Origin: an uncultured bacterium
GTDB lineage: Bacteria; Fidelibacterota; Marinisomatia; Marinisomatales; Marinisomataceae
Assembly: GCA_965656415.1 (NCBI GenBank)
Contig: CBFHKL010000004.1
Coordinates: forward strand, 1-42,491
Direction: 5' to 3'
DNA length: 42,491 nucleotides
Below the pieces are notes generated by a model. That model saw nothing but the letters and a program-made list of their open reading frames with translations. It did not search any database and was not told the origin of the DNA. The position numbers and the translations under genes were made by a program. Below, in pieces: positions 18,601-26,888 of this stretch (position 1 is the stretch's first letter; each line of letters opens with the position of its first letter).

Positions 18601-19381
18601 AATTACAATCACTGTTAAAGATGATGGTGGTACAGTTGGTGGAGGTATAGACTCAACTAGTGTTTCATTTAATGCAACTATTATACCAGTCAATGATGCA
18701 CCTTCTACATTTAGTACAATAGGCGAATATTTTATTTCAAATGGTGAATATATATCAGGCATAGATTTTAGAACTTTATACATTACTCCTGAAAATGTTG
18801 ATGACTCATTAAGGTTTGTATGGGATCCTACTGTTGATATTGACGGAGATGCTGTTTCTTATCGAATAATAGGATATCAAGGTTTAGAGTTTTTGACTAT
18901 GGATGATAATGAGTTTATAACTGAAAATTATAAAACATGGTCTTTGAAAGATCTCGCTGCACAAACTGATACAGTTACCGTGCTTGAAGGATTTTGGAAT
19001 GTAATAGCAACAGATGGTACATTATCTAGATCAGCTTCTTTATTGAATGGTCAAATGAGAATTGATAGTAGACAGCTTATACCTGATATCTTAGAAATAA
19101 GACAGAGTTATCCTAACCCATTTACTGATTTTGCAACAATTGAGTATGATGTTCCATCAGCTCAAAATGTTGTTATAAGAATATTTAATATTAAAGGGCA
19201 AACTATTAAAACGCTTGTTAATGAAGATAAAAATGCTGGATACTATACAGTAGTTTGGGATGGAACTAATGAAAATGGTGATGCAGTAAGTTCAGGTGTT
19301 TATTTCTGTCAAATGTATACACCAAAAAATCCAAATGGCGGCCAATTTATTAAAGCCAAAAAAATGGTTAAAATTAGATAG
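15677..19381 (+). CDS. Large secreted multi-domain protein: FG-GAP-like repeats, LVIVD/choice-of-anchor-B propeller, FN3-like, cadherin-like (VNDAP) and T9SS C-terminal sorting domain
   Basis: It has a signal peptide. Repeated FG…GAP-like units (e.g. DDFGFSIAL…IIGAPGY) are followed by DIWGWTD…KEYALVGMSNGTSFVDISNPENP…WRDLKVYQDHVFIVSE (choice-of-anchor B / LVIVD). The cadherin-like part runs NQAPTI…VNDAPS. The C-terminus is YPNPFTDFATIEY…GVYFCQMY (T9SS type A CTD). An alternative ATG start is at 15683. Confidence 0.8.
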   Translation: MIMIKNLNKVLLLTILCAQIFAGTFGKSHSAELLNRGRFVPMAMSDDTLAAAKTFSSLKSRIVDIYSYDAVGNQLVKETELTSPNPMPGDDFGFSIALSSKYMIIGAPGYNNGHGIAFLYKKNNEKWELSNTFENPIPNNASGTPHKFGYNVAITDSYLSISSPFYNDGLVHVYNLDNLDNSKSFNKPFHSIDVRKLGDVEGCYAIGPNKFGFGISTSFNNNKLLIGSLKEFVYMVEYKDGIPFGIDIPNPISINSDDNKIKFGESVYVGDKNLYISALEDDNGKGKVFVYPYLQSSRTDDDQNPWVNPYEIQPTLIEENSHFGYKIFEHNNKVSISTFNEGRIFNYIINESERLEFVDDLKSASDEYFGRNIILNENLLISGAYYADKLYAFDLRVSNKGSVSTFSTGIGVTSIKNKIECNNGFAGSYPCKDMDLMSYTDKTEIGGSNSTSLNDIWGWTDSQTGKEYALVGMSNGTSFVDISNPENPVYIGRLPTQTNNSSWRDLKVYQDHVFIVSEASGHGMQVFDLTQLRNFNGNPFTFSNTAYYSGFGNAHNIFINEDTGFAYAVGTGTCGPGGLHIIDISTPSIPSKAACVSDPNTGRSNTGYSHDVQCVIYDGPDSAYVGKEICFGSNETRLWIADLSTKTDDNSGAKTIGLGSYDNYYTHQGWLTEDHRFFIVNDELDEANNAYNNTRTLIWNVEDLNNPVIHKTYFGPTPAIDHNNYIIGNNVYMSHYTAGLRVMDISDISNPSELAYFDVYPSSNNTSFDGTWSNFPYYSSGNIVVTGIDEGLYVVSPSGSGPAPAPEVTYTIPSNGNVTLNWQDLICISACTINIYRSTEPGFTPSSSNLLTSVNYPTFEYTDSNLDENIFYYYRLSVSVNGQESLFTDEIQVKPVFVPNQAPTIDTPDDIQFFEDNTYNVILTGLGYGEDVNPQNISITVVAENDDLFDELNILESSPEQLSIVPIENKYGSSLITITVKDDGGTVGGGIDSTSVSFNATIIPVNDAPSTFSTIGEYFISNGEYISGIDFRTLYITPENVDDSLRFVWDPTVDIDGDAVSYRIIGYQGLEFLTMDDNEFITENYKTWSLKDLAAQTDTVTVLEGFWNVIATDGTLSRSASLLNGQMRIDSRQLIPDILEIRQSYPNPFTDFATIEYDVPSAQNVVIRIFNIKGQTIKTLVNEDKNAGYYTVVWDGTNENGDAVSSGVYFCQMYTPKNPNGGQFIKAKKMVKIR

Positions 19382-19384
19382 TTT

Positions 19385-19999
19385 ATGAAACCATTAAAGA
19401 ATCTTTACGAATGGGTCTTGTCCTGGGCTGAAAGCGTGTACGGTACTTTAATTTTATTTCTAGTTGCTTTTGCAGAATCATCTTTTTTCCCTGTTCCAGC
19501 TGATCCTTTGTTAATGGCATTGTGTCTTGGCAAGGTTAAGAAGTCAATGTATTACGTTTTCATTTGCACTTTAGGCTCTGTTCTAGGAGGAGTGTTTGGT
19601 TTTATAATTGGATATTTCTTATGGTATACACCGAATGGAGATCTTACAGGTATTGCAAACTTCTTTTTTCGAATAATTCCGGGTTTTACACCAGAGGTGT
19701 TTGATAATGTTGGTGCACAATACGATGCACATAATTTCTTAGTAATATTTACAGCTGCATTTACACCAATTCCATACAAAGTCTTTTCAATTACAGCAGG
19801 TGTATTTCAAATCAATCTTCCGATATTTATAATTGCTTCAATTTTAGGTAGAGGAGGAAGATTCATAATTATTGGATTATTAATTAGATTTTTTGGAGAA
19901 CCAATTAAAGTAATGATGGATAAGCATTTCAATACTTTTATTATAGTATTAACCATAATCTTTGCATTAAGTTATGTATTAATAGGGTATTTATTTTAA
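19385..19999 (+). CDS. YqaA/DedA-type (SNARE-associated) membrane protein
   Basis: AESSFFPVPADPLLMAL motif plus multiple TM helices. Size is typical of COG1238. Confidence 0.75.
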   Translation: MKPLKNLYEWVLSWAESVYGTLILFLVAFAESSFFPVPADPLLMALCLGKVKKSMYYVFICTLGSVLGGVFGFIIGYFLWYTPNGDLTGIANFFFRIIPGFTPEVFDNVGAQYDAHNFLVIFTAAFTPIPYKVFSITAGVFQINLPIFIIASILGRGGRFIIIGLLIRFFGEPIKVMMDKHFNTFIIVLTIIFALSYVLIGYLF

Positions 20000-20009
20000 A
20001 GGAGCAAGA

Positions 20010-21035
20010 ATGAGATTATTATTAATTGTGCTATTGTTTGTTATCTCGTGCACAGATATAAGTCAAAAATTAAGTTCAAACAATCAAGTTGAATTATTAA
20101 ATACTTCACCAGAAATAACAATCAAAGATTTTAAAAGTCACATCGGATTTTTAGCATCTGATAAGCTTGAAGGAAGAGCTTCAGGTACTCTGGGAGATGA
20201 AATGGCAAAAGATTACATTAAAAAATTCTTAGAAAATGCTTCTTTGCCCACAAAAAGAACAGTTGAAATCCAAGAGCATTATGTTCCGGCAGAAAGAAAA
20301 TGGAATTTAAAGCAAGAAGATATGACAGTCAAAACATACAATATAATTGCAACATTACCTGGAAATGATCCCATTCTTAAAGATGAATATGTTGTTATTG
20401 GTGGTCATTATGATGGTGGAGCTGCAACTGCAGCGCAACTTAAAAAGCTTAGTGGAGATAAAATATATAATAACGCAGATGACAATGCCTCAGGAACTGC
20501 CACTGTTTTAGAGTTATTTGAAAAGTATGCTTCAACAAATTCCAATGAAAGAACATTAGTTTTCATTCTCTTTGGTGGGGAAGAATTAGGTCTATTAGGA
20601 TCAAAATATTATGTCGAAAATCCTACAATTAATCTAGACAAGGTTCAATTGATGATTAATTTAGATATGATGGGGAGATTAACTGAAGAATTATTGTATG
20701 TCGGAGGCGTTACTTCAGGGGAAGGCTTTAAAGATCAGTTGCAAATACATTTTAATAAAACTGATATGAATATAGATGCATATTCTAATACACCTCATGC
20801 GGAAGATAGAAGGTATAATAGATTGTTCCAAAGATCTGACCATTATAATTTTTATAAAGAAGATATTCCTTGTATTTTCTTTTTTACTGGCATTCACGAT
20901 GATTACCATATGCCATCAGATGAAATTGATAAACTTAATTTTGATGGAATTCAAAAAATTGCTAATCTAGTTGATTCAATTGTAATTGATTTTTCTTCGA
21001 ATCAACGTCTGAAATTTCAAGAAATAACTGAATAA
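20010..21035 (+). CDS. M28 family metallopeptidase (aminopeptidase), lipoprotein/secreted
   Basis: IGGHYD, ADDNASGTATVLEL, FGGEELGLLGSKYY and NLDMMG are Zn-ligand blocks of M28. The N-terminus LFVISC is lipobox-like. Confidence 0.8.
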   Translation: MRLLLIVLLFVISCTDISQKLSSNNQVELLNTSPEITIKDFKSHIGFLASDKLEGRASGTLGDEMAKDYIKKFLENASLPTKRTVEIQEHYVPAERKWNLKQEDMTVKTYNIIATLPGNDPILKDEYVVIGGHYDGGAATAAQLKKLSGDKIYNNADDNASGTATVLELFEKYASTNSNERTLVFILFGGEELGLLGSKYYVENPTINLDKVQLMINLDMMGRLTEELLYVGGVTSGEGFKDQLQIHFNKTDMNIDAYSNTPHAEDRRYNRLFQRSDHYNFYKEDIPCIFFFTGIHDDYHMPSDEIDKLNFDGIQKIANLVDSIVIDFSSNQRLKFQEITE

Positions 21036-21044
21036 ATAAATATC

Positions 21045-21065
21045 TATTGAGATTAAATCTCAATA
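21045..21065. promoter_or_regulatory. Perfect 21-nt palindrome (TATTGAGATT-A-AATCTCAATA); candidate Fur-family operator (copy 1), possibly also a terminator for the M28 gene
   Basis: Read directly: 10-nt arms around A21055. The core TGAGATT-n-AATCTCA has the 7-1-7 architecture and matches 5/7 per half-site to the classical Fur 7-1-7 motif TGATAAT-n-ATTATCA. It sits just upstream of the putative -35. Confidence 0.4.
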
Positions 21066-21069
21066 ATAC

Positions 21070-21098
21070 TTGTTTTTCTTTATTTTTCTATTTATAAT
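21070..21098 (+). promoter_or_regulatory. Candidate sigma70-like promoter of the TonB-dependent receptor gene
   Basis: TTGTTT (21070-21075), a 17-nt spacer, then consensus TATAAT (21093-21098). It lies 33 nt upstream of the ATG at 21131, and an SD (AGAGGTG) follows. Confidence 0.45.
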
Positions 21099-21100
21099 TC

Positions 21101-21119
21101 TGAGATTAAATCTCAATAA
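21101..21119. promoter_or_regulatory. Second copy of the TGAGATTAAATCTCAATAA element (candidate operator, copy 2)
   Basis: The 19-nt string is identical to 21048-21066 and lies 53 bp downstream of it. The palindromic core is 21101-21115. It starts 3 nt after the putative -10, so it would cover the transcription start. Confidence 0.4.
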
Positions 21120-21130
21120 AGAGGTGAAAA

Positions 21131-23320
21131 ATGAAAAAGAACGTATTATTTATTTTATTTTTTAATTTTATTTTAGCAAACAATCCAAATATTGTTGCTG
21201 AATCAGATTCAACTAAACCAATTGCTTTAGATGCTGTTGAAGTACTAGCAGAATCAAAGAGTATTACTTCAGGAATGTTCTTAAGAAATGCTGAGCCTAG
21301 TGATGTGGTAAGTAAATCTGAGTTAGATCAATTTAGATACACTGATATTCACCGAATTGTTGGTAGAATTCCAGGTGTATATATTTCAGAAGAAGATGGT
21401 TTAGGTTTAAGACCCAACATTGGTCTTAGAGGTAGTGGTTCATTAAGAATGGAAAAACTTAATGTTATGGAAGATGGTGTATTAATTGCTCCAGCTCCAT
21501 ATGCTTCACCAGCAGCTTATTATTCACCAACAGCAGGTAGAATGGAATCTATAGAGGTGAGAAAAGGATCTACGCAAATTAAGCATGGTCCATTTACTAC
21601 TGGTGGTTCATTGAATTATATTTCTACATCTATACCAACTTCAAAACTTAACTCTGTGTCATTAGATATGGGAAGTTATAGTAAAACACTTATGCAGGTT
21701 AGATCTGGAGATGTATTAGGTAATTTTGCTTACTTAATTGAGTTGTATTCAGATAAAACAGATGGTTTCAAAGAACTTGATGGCGGTGGAGACACTGGAT
21801 ATTCTAAGACTGATTTTATGACAAAATTAAGATATAGTTTCAGTGAATCACATGCTTTAGAATTTAAATATTCTATGACTGATGAAATATCAGATGAAAC
21901 CTATTTAGGTTTAACAGACAGTGATTTCAGCGATAATCCATTACGTAGATATAGAGCAACAGCTCTAGATGAAATGGATGCTGATCATTCACAAGTTATG
22001 TTATCATATGCTGCAAAGCTTAATGATAAAATGAGTTTAGCTATTGTCGGATATAGTAATGATTTTGCTAGAAACTGGTATAAGTTGAATAAAGTGAATG
22101 GAATGAGCTTAAGTTCAATCACAAAACCAACTACGGACGGTTGGAATGAATTTTATCTATTAATGGATGCACAAAATAGTGCAGACGATGCTTATAGAAT
22201 TAAAGCTAATAATAGAGAATATTATTCATCTGGTGTTCAAGCAGTTTTAAACGTGAGTGCAGGTGCACATGATATTCAAGCTGGAGTAAGAATTCACAAT
22301 GATGAAATGGATAGATTTCAGTGGGAAGATCGTTATGCAATGCAAAACGGTAAACTAGTAATGACAACTCAAGCAACAAAAGGTTCAGATTCTAATAGAA
22401 TTGATTCTGCTGAAGCAACTGCTCTTTTTGTTGAAGACAGATTTACTACTGGAGCGATGACTGTTACGGCTGGTGCCAGGTATGAAGAAATAACAGTTAT
22501 CAGAGATGATTGGGGTAAGACAGACCCTGATAGATCTGAGGCTCCATCAGAAAGAAAACATACTGTAGATGTTGTTGTTCCAGGTATTGGTGTTGAGTAT
22601 GCTATTAATGAATTTCAAACTGTTTCAGTTGGAGTTCATAAAGGATTTGCTCCTCCAGGACCAGGTACATCAGGAGTAACTGATAAAGCAGTTGATCCAG
22701 AAACAAGTTTGAATACTGAAATTGGTTTCAAATCTAATCAAGGTTTAAATAGCTTAGAATTCACTTTATTTACGAATAGCTATGACAATCTATTAGGTGC
22801 AGATACTGCAGCTTCAGGTGGTGGTTCAGATGAGCTATTTAATGGCGGTGCTGTAGACATTTCAGGTTTTGAGCTATATCTTAGAAGAATCCTTGTAGAT
22901 AATGGCAGAGTTCAAATGCCATTTGAATTGTCATGGACAAGCACAAACTCTGAATTTCAAGAATCATTTGACGGATTTTGGGGCGATGTATCAAAAGGAG
23001 ATGAATTACCATATCTTCCAGATACAATAATTGCATTAAATCTTGGATTAAATGTAGACAAGCTTTCAGCAAATATTAGTATGAAGAAAACATCAGAAAT
23101 GAGAACAGTTGCTGGTTCTGGAACTATTTCAGGCTCAAATGCAACTGATGAACTAACAATTATTGATCTTGGAATGAGATATGCTCTCCAAGATAATATT
23201 CGACTTTCAGTTGGTATTAATAACTTTATGGATAATGATGGCATAGCGGCAAGACGTCCTTATGGCGCAAGACCAACAATGCCTCGTAGCTTTTCATTAG
23301 GAGTTGATTATACTTTTTAA
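21131..23320 (+). CDS. TonB-dependent outer-membrane receptor (FecA-like)
   Basis: It has a signal peptide and plug-domain blocks (IPGVYISEEDG…RPNIGLRGSG…MEDGVLIAPAPYASPAAYYSP…IEVRKGSTQIKHGPFTTGGSLNYIS). A long barrel follows, with the terminal …GVDYTF. Confidence 0.85.
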   Translation: MKKNVLFILFFNFILANNPNIVAESDSTKPIALDAVEVLAESKSITSGMFLRNAEPSDVVSKSELDQFRYTDIHRIVGRIPGVYISEEDGLGLRPNIGLRGSGSLRMEKLNVMEDGVLIAPAPYASPAAYYSPTAGRMESIEVRKGSTQIKHGPFTTGGSLNYISTSIPTSKLNSVSLDMGSYSKTLMQVRSGDVLGNFAYLIELYSDKTDGFKELDGGGDTGYSKTDFMTKLRYSFSESHALEFKYSMTDEISDETYLGLTDSDFSDNPLRRYRATALDEMDADHSQVMLSYAAKLNDKMSLAIVGYSNDFARNWYKLNKVNGMSLSSITKPTTDGWNEFYLLMDAQNSADDAYRIKANNREYYSSGVQAVLNVSAGAHDIQAGVRIHNDEMDRFQWEDRYAMQNGKLVMTTQATKGSDSNRIDSAEATALFVEDRFTTGAMTVTAGARYEEITVIRDDWGKTDPDRSEAPSERKHTVDVVVPGIGVEYAINEFQTVSVGVHKGFAPPGPGTSGVTDKAVDPETSLNTEIGFKSNQGLNSLEFTLFTNSYDNLLGADTAASGGGSDELFNGGAVDISGFELYLRRILVDNGRVQMPFELSWTSTNSEFQESFDGFWGDVSKGDELPYLPDTIIALNLGLNVDKLSANISMKKTSEMRTVAGSGTISGSNATDELTIIDLGMRYALQDNIRLSVGINNFMDNDGIAARRPYGARPTMPRSFSLGVDYTF

Positions 23321-23480
23321 GGTTGTCTTCATTGCATTTTACTCTTAGGCCTTTTCAAGTAATCGAACGCACTATACTCTGTCATTCGGGCGTTCTCTTT
23401 TTAAGGAACTTTTCCTAACTATTTCAGTCAAATAATTAGTATATTTTTTATACTTTTTTTTACTTATAATTACACGCTAA

Positions 23481-25706
23481 ATGAAAATTTTTTTAATTAC
23501 ATTAATATTTATTTCCACTGTATTTGGTCAATCTTTCAAAGATTTAACTGAAAGACCTATATACAAGCCAATAAAAATTGATCAACCAATTAATTTTGAT
23601 GGAATCGTCGATGATCAGGAATGGTCAATGGCTCAAGTTGCAACGAGTTTTAATGGTTCCGGAACTTTTCAAGGACAACCTTCAGACTTAAAAACAGAAG
23701 CAAGATTATTGTATGATGATACTTTTTTATATGTCGGATATAAGGCATATGTCAATAAAGAAGATTTAAGATATAGTATTACTAAAAGAGATAATCTTGA
23801 TGAAAAAGATGATAGAGTATGGATAAATATAGATGCATTTGATGATGAATCACTTACATATGGTTTAGGAGTTAGTGCTGGTGGTGCTCAAATTGATGGA
23901 AGAGCTACATATGGTTTTGATCAATCTTTAGATCTTGTTTATGAATCAAAAGTTACTATTTTTGAAGATAGGTACGAAGTTGAGCTTGTTATTCCATTTT
24001 CAAGCTTACGATACTCTATAGCGCCGATACAAACGTGGAGAGTTGATTTTGGGCGTGGATTTACGCTTGAAGATGAATTAACCAGATATGTTTATTGGAC
24101 TTCGAGGGTTGAAGGTATAGAATGTCAAACCTGTCAGTTAGGATTTTTAGAAAATATTGAACCTCCAAGACAACAAAGAGGTGATATTGAATTTATTCCA
24201 TCAGTTGTTGCTGCAAGCTCTAAAGATTTTAGTTCAAACACTTCTTCGTCATCAGATGACGTTTCATTATTCATGAAATATCCAATTTCATCTGTTGATT
24301 TACTAGAAGTCGCTTTAAATCCTGACTTTAGTCAAATTGAATCGGATGATATCAAAAATGATGTAAACACTGTTAATGCCCTATATTTCGATGAAAAAAG
24401 ACCATTTTTTAGTCAAGGAGCAGAACTATTTCAGTTTTCAGCTCAACGAGGATTTATCAATCTATTTTATTCAAGAACAATTAATGATCCATCTATAACT
24501 GCAAAATATACTGGCAAGCTTGGAAAAACTTCATATGGTATAATAAGTGCTCGTGATGAGTCTTCATTACTGCTATTGCCATTTGAAGAAACAAGTACTG
24601 TTGTATCTATGGGTAAGAGTTCATCAAATATAATTCGCGCAAAGAGGATGATTGGTGGTAACGGAGGATCAATTGGAGCTATTTTAACCAATAGAGTTTT
24701 TGATAATGCCGGTGATATGACAACTGGAGGAATTGACTTTCATTATCATCCTGGTGATAATTATCATATTACGTTACACGCAACAGCATCAATTCATAAT
24801 GAATCTGATAATTTTGAATATATTTATGAGCCTACAGCAGATGATAGCGAGGTGACATTTGATAGTGGAAGATATACTAAAAATTTTGATGGAGAAAAAG
24901 TAACAGGAAATGCACTTGGTTTTGCTATAAATAAAAGAACAAGAACTGATGATTTTGGTCTTGTATTAAGGTTACGTTCTCCAGGATTTAGGACCAGCAA
25001 TGGTTTTGAAACAAATAATTCAACAAAGTGGCTTAAAGCTGGTAGAGGAAAAACAGTTTATTATAATAATCATCCAAAGCTTCTTAAAACAAATTATGGC
25101 ATTGAAACCATTTATAAAACGAACTATACAGGTATTATCAAAAAACAAGAATTATCATTTTCATCGTCGAGTGATTTAATAAATGGTGACTTTTTCAAAG
25201 TGAGTGCGGAGATTGAAACAGAAAATTTTAGAGGCTATCAGTTTGATAATCTTTATGAATTTGAAGTTGGTTATAGAAATCAAATTAATTCAAATTTAAA
25301 GTTTTATAATGAACTACAATCTAGAGAGATTATTATTAGAAATTTAGATATCCCTGAAAGTTCAAGCTTTTATCAAGTTAAAAATTATGTAGAATTAAAA
25401 GTATCAGACAAATCTAATTTTGGAGTAGGAATATCGTATCAGAAAGCTGAAGATTATTATGACGGAATTATACTAAGAGCTGGTATAAATAACTCATTCA
25501 ATTCAAAGCTTACTATGAGAACAAAAATTCAATATAGCGACTTTTCAAACTCTTGGTTTGTTGAACCTATGATTACCTATCAGCCTAATGCTTTTAGTGC
25601 TTTATACTTTGGTGTAAACAATTTACTTGAAACAGAGAACGGAATTATTTCAAACTTAACTGAAAGTAGAAGACAAATATTTATTAAATTTCAGTACTTA
25701 TTTTAG
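23481..25706 (+). CDS. DUF5916-family protein (CBM9-like N-terminal domain plus outer-membrane barrel)
   Basis: It has a signal peptide. IDQPINFDGIVDDQEWSMAQVATSF…GQPSDLKTEARLLYDDTFLYVGY matches the CBM9-like/DUF5916 opening pattern. The remainder is strand-rich and ends in …IKFQYLF. Confidence 0.7.
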   Translation: MKIFLITLIFISTVFGQSFKDLTERPIYKPIKIDQPINFDGIVDDQEWSMAQVATSFNGSGTFQGQPSDLKTEARLLYDDTFLYVGYKAYVNKEDLRYSITKRDNLDEKDDRVWINIDAFDDESLTYGLGVSAGGAQIDGRATYGFDQSLDLVYESKVTIFEDRYEVELVIPFSSLRYSIAPIQTWRVDFGRGFTLEDELTRYVYWTSRVEGIECQTCQLGFLENIEPPRQQRGDIEFIPSVVAASSKDFSSNTSSSSDDVSLFMKYPISSVDLLEVALNPDFSQIESDDIKNDVNTVNALYFDEKRPFFSQGAELFQFSAQRGFINLFYSRTINDPSITAKYTGKLGKTSYGIISARDESSLLLLPFEETSTVVSMGKSSSNIIRAKRMIGGNGGSIGAILTNRVFDNAGDMTTGGIDFHYHPGDNYHITLHATASIHNESDNFEYIYEPTADDSEVTFDSGRYTKNFDGEKVTGNALGFAINKRTRTDDFGLVLRLRSPGFRTSNGFETNNSTKWLKAGRGKTVYYNNHPKLLKTNYGIETIYKTNYTGIIKKQELSFSSSSDLINGDFFKVSAEIETENFRGYQFDNLYEFEVGYRNQINSNLKFYNELQSREIIIRNLDIPESSSFYQVKNYVELKVSDKSNFGVGISYQKAEDYYDGIILRAGINNSFNSKLTMRTKIQYSDFSNSWFVEPMITYQPNAFSALYFGVNNLLETENGIISNLTESRRQIFIKFQYLF

Positions 25707-25719
25707 GAGAATTTAAAAT

Positions 25720-26175
25720 ATGAAAAAATTATCACTGATTATTTTAACATTAGCAATGTATGGGTGTGTGGTTCCAGTCTCAATTGGAAATAAATCTATT
25801 GCTGAGGCTGACAACAAAAATAAAAACGAATCCAACACTGTTTATACTCAAAATGGTAAAACAATGGTTGCTATGAATTATATACTTCCTCAAAGAGCTG
25901 GTCAGTTTGAAATGTTAACAAAAACAGTTATTATGCCTGCGATTAAAAGAGAAGATATACAAGTCTATAATAGTTTAAAGTTTCTAGTCCCAGAAGAACA
26001 GAATGAAGACGGTAATCTAACTTATATTTTCATTGCTGATCCGTATCTTGAAGAAAAAAATTATGATATTTTTGAAGTATTAGCAGCTCAATATGGTAGA
26101 ACAAGAGCTGAAGAATATTTTGATCGCTGGATTAGCTGTTTTGCATATGAGCAAGAAGTCATTTCTTTCCGATGA
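25720..26175 (+). CDS. Small lipoprotein, function unknown
   Basis: An SD (AGGAGA) lies upstream and a lipobox is present (AMYGC). I recognised no family. Confidence 0.5.
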   Translation: MKKLSLIILTLAMYGCVVPVSIGNKSIAEADNKNKNESNTVYTQNGKTMVAMNYILPQRAGQFEMLTKTVIMPAIKREDIQVYNSLKFLVPEEQNEDGNLTYIFIADPYLEEKNYDIFEVLAAQYGRTRAEEYFDRWISCFAYEQEVISFR

Positions 26176-26888
26176 TAAAAACATATCTTTTTGACAGCAT
26201 CTATAGTAAATTTTCTTTAATGAATTCATCAAAAACGTTTTTAAGTATCATTCTTCTTGTTGGTTTTGCATTTTCTCAAAGTGCTAGAGATATGGAAGCT
26301 GAAAACCCAGCAAGTGATAATTGGCAGGATAATTATAGAGCTATTGAAGCAGGAAAATCTAAGGTGAATATTTATTCTAATGCTGCAGTTGCAGATGTTT
26401 TTGTATGGAATTTTTCATGGCTATCAACTGAAAGAACTTTCCCATCATCAATTTCTTTGCCTACTGATAACAAAGTTTATACTATTAGTTTATATCCGCA
26501 ATCTCAATTTCAGTATTTAACAAACGAATTACAAAATTTTGATTTTGATAACCGTGATATATCTGACTTTGAATTATTGCAAGAGGAATTTGAACGAATG
26601 AAGTTGGGTACTAAAAATGTTAGACCTATTCCAGGCACTAGCGAATCAATATTCTTAACATATTGCGATTCAGATGATACTAATTGCCAGCAAGGTATGC
26701 ATTGGTTAGATCAGTTTTATGCGAGATATTATGATAACAAGCAGGAACAAGTATTTGCTTCAGATTTGAACGGTTCTGAGCTTACAGATGTTGAAAAAGC
26801 TTTAGTTCGTAGACATAGAGTAGGAGTAGCTGGAATGTTAGGTGCTTTTACATTAGCAATATTTTTAATTGATAATTCTGCCCTGTGA
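26172..26888 (+). CDS. Hypothetical exported protein with C-terminal TM anchor
   Basis: ATGA overlap with the preceding gene. There is an internal signal-like segment (FLSIILLVGFAFSQSA; alternative start ATG 26220) and a C-terminal helix (VGVAGMLGAFTLAIFLI). Its stop overlaps the thrS GTG. Confidence 0.5.
   Translation: MIKTYLFDSIYSKFSLMNSSKTFLSIILLVGFAFSQSARDMEAENPASDNWQDNYRAIEAGKSKVNIYSNAAVADVFVWNFSWLSTERTFPSSISLPTDNKVYTISLYPQSQFQYLTNELQNFDFDNRDISDFELLQEEFERMKLGTKNVRPIPGTSESIFLTYCDSDDTNCQQGMHWLDQFYARYYDNKQEQVFASDLNGSELTDVEKALVRRHRVGVAGMLGAFTLAIFLIDNSAL

Noticed and set aside
21036-21130. Riboswitch (e.g. cobalamin) upstream of the TonB-dependent receptor.
   Set aside because: The 95-nt spacer is too short and too AT-rich, and it is fully accounted for by the palindromes, the promoter and the SD.
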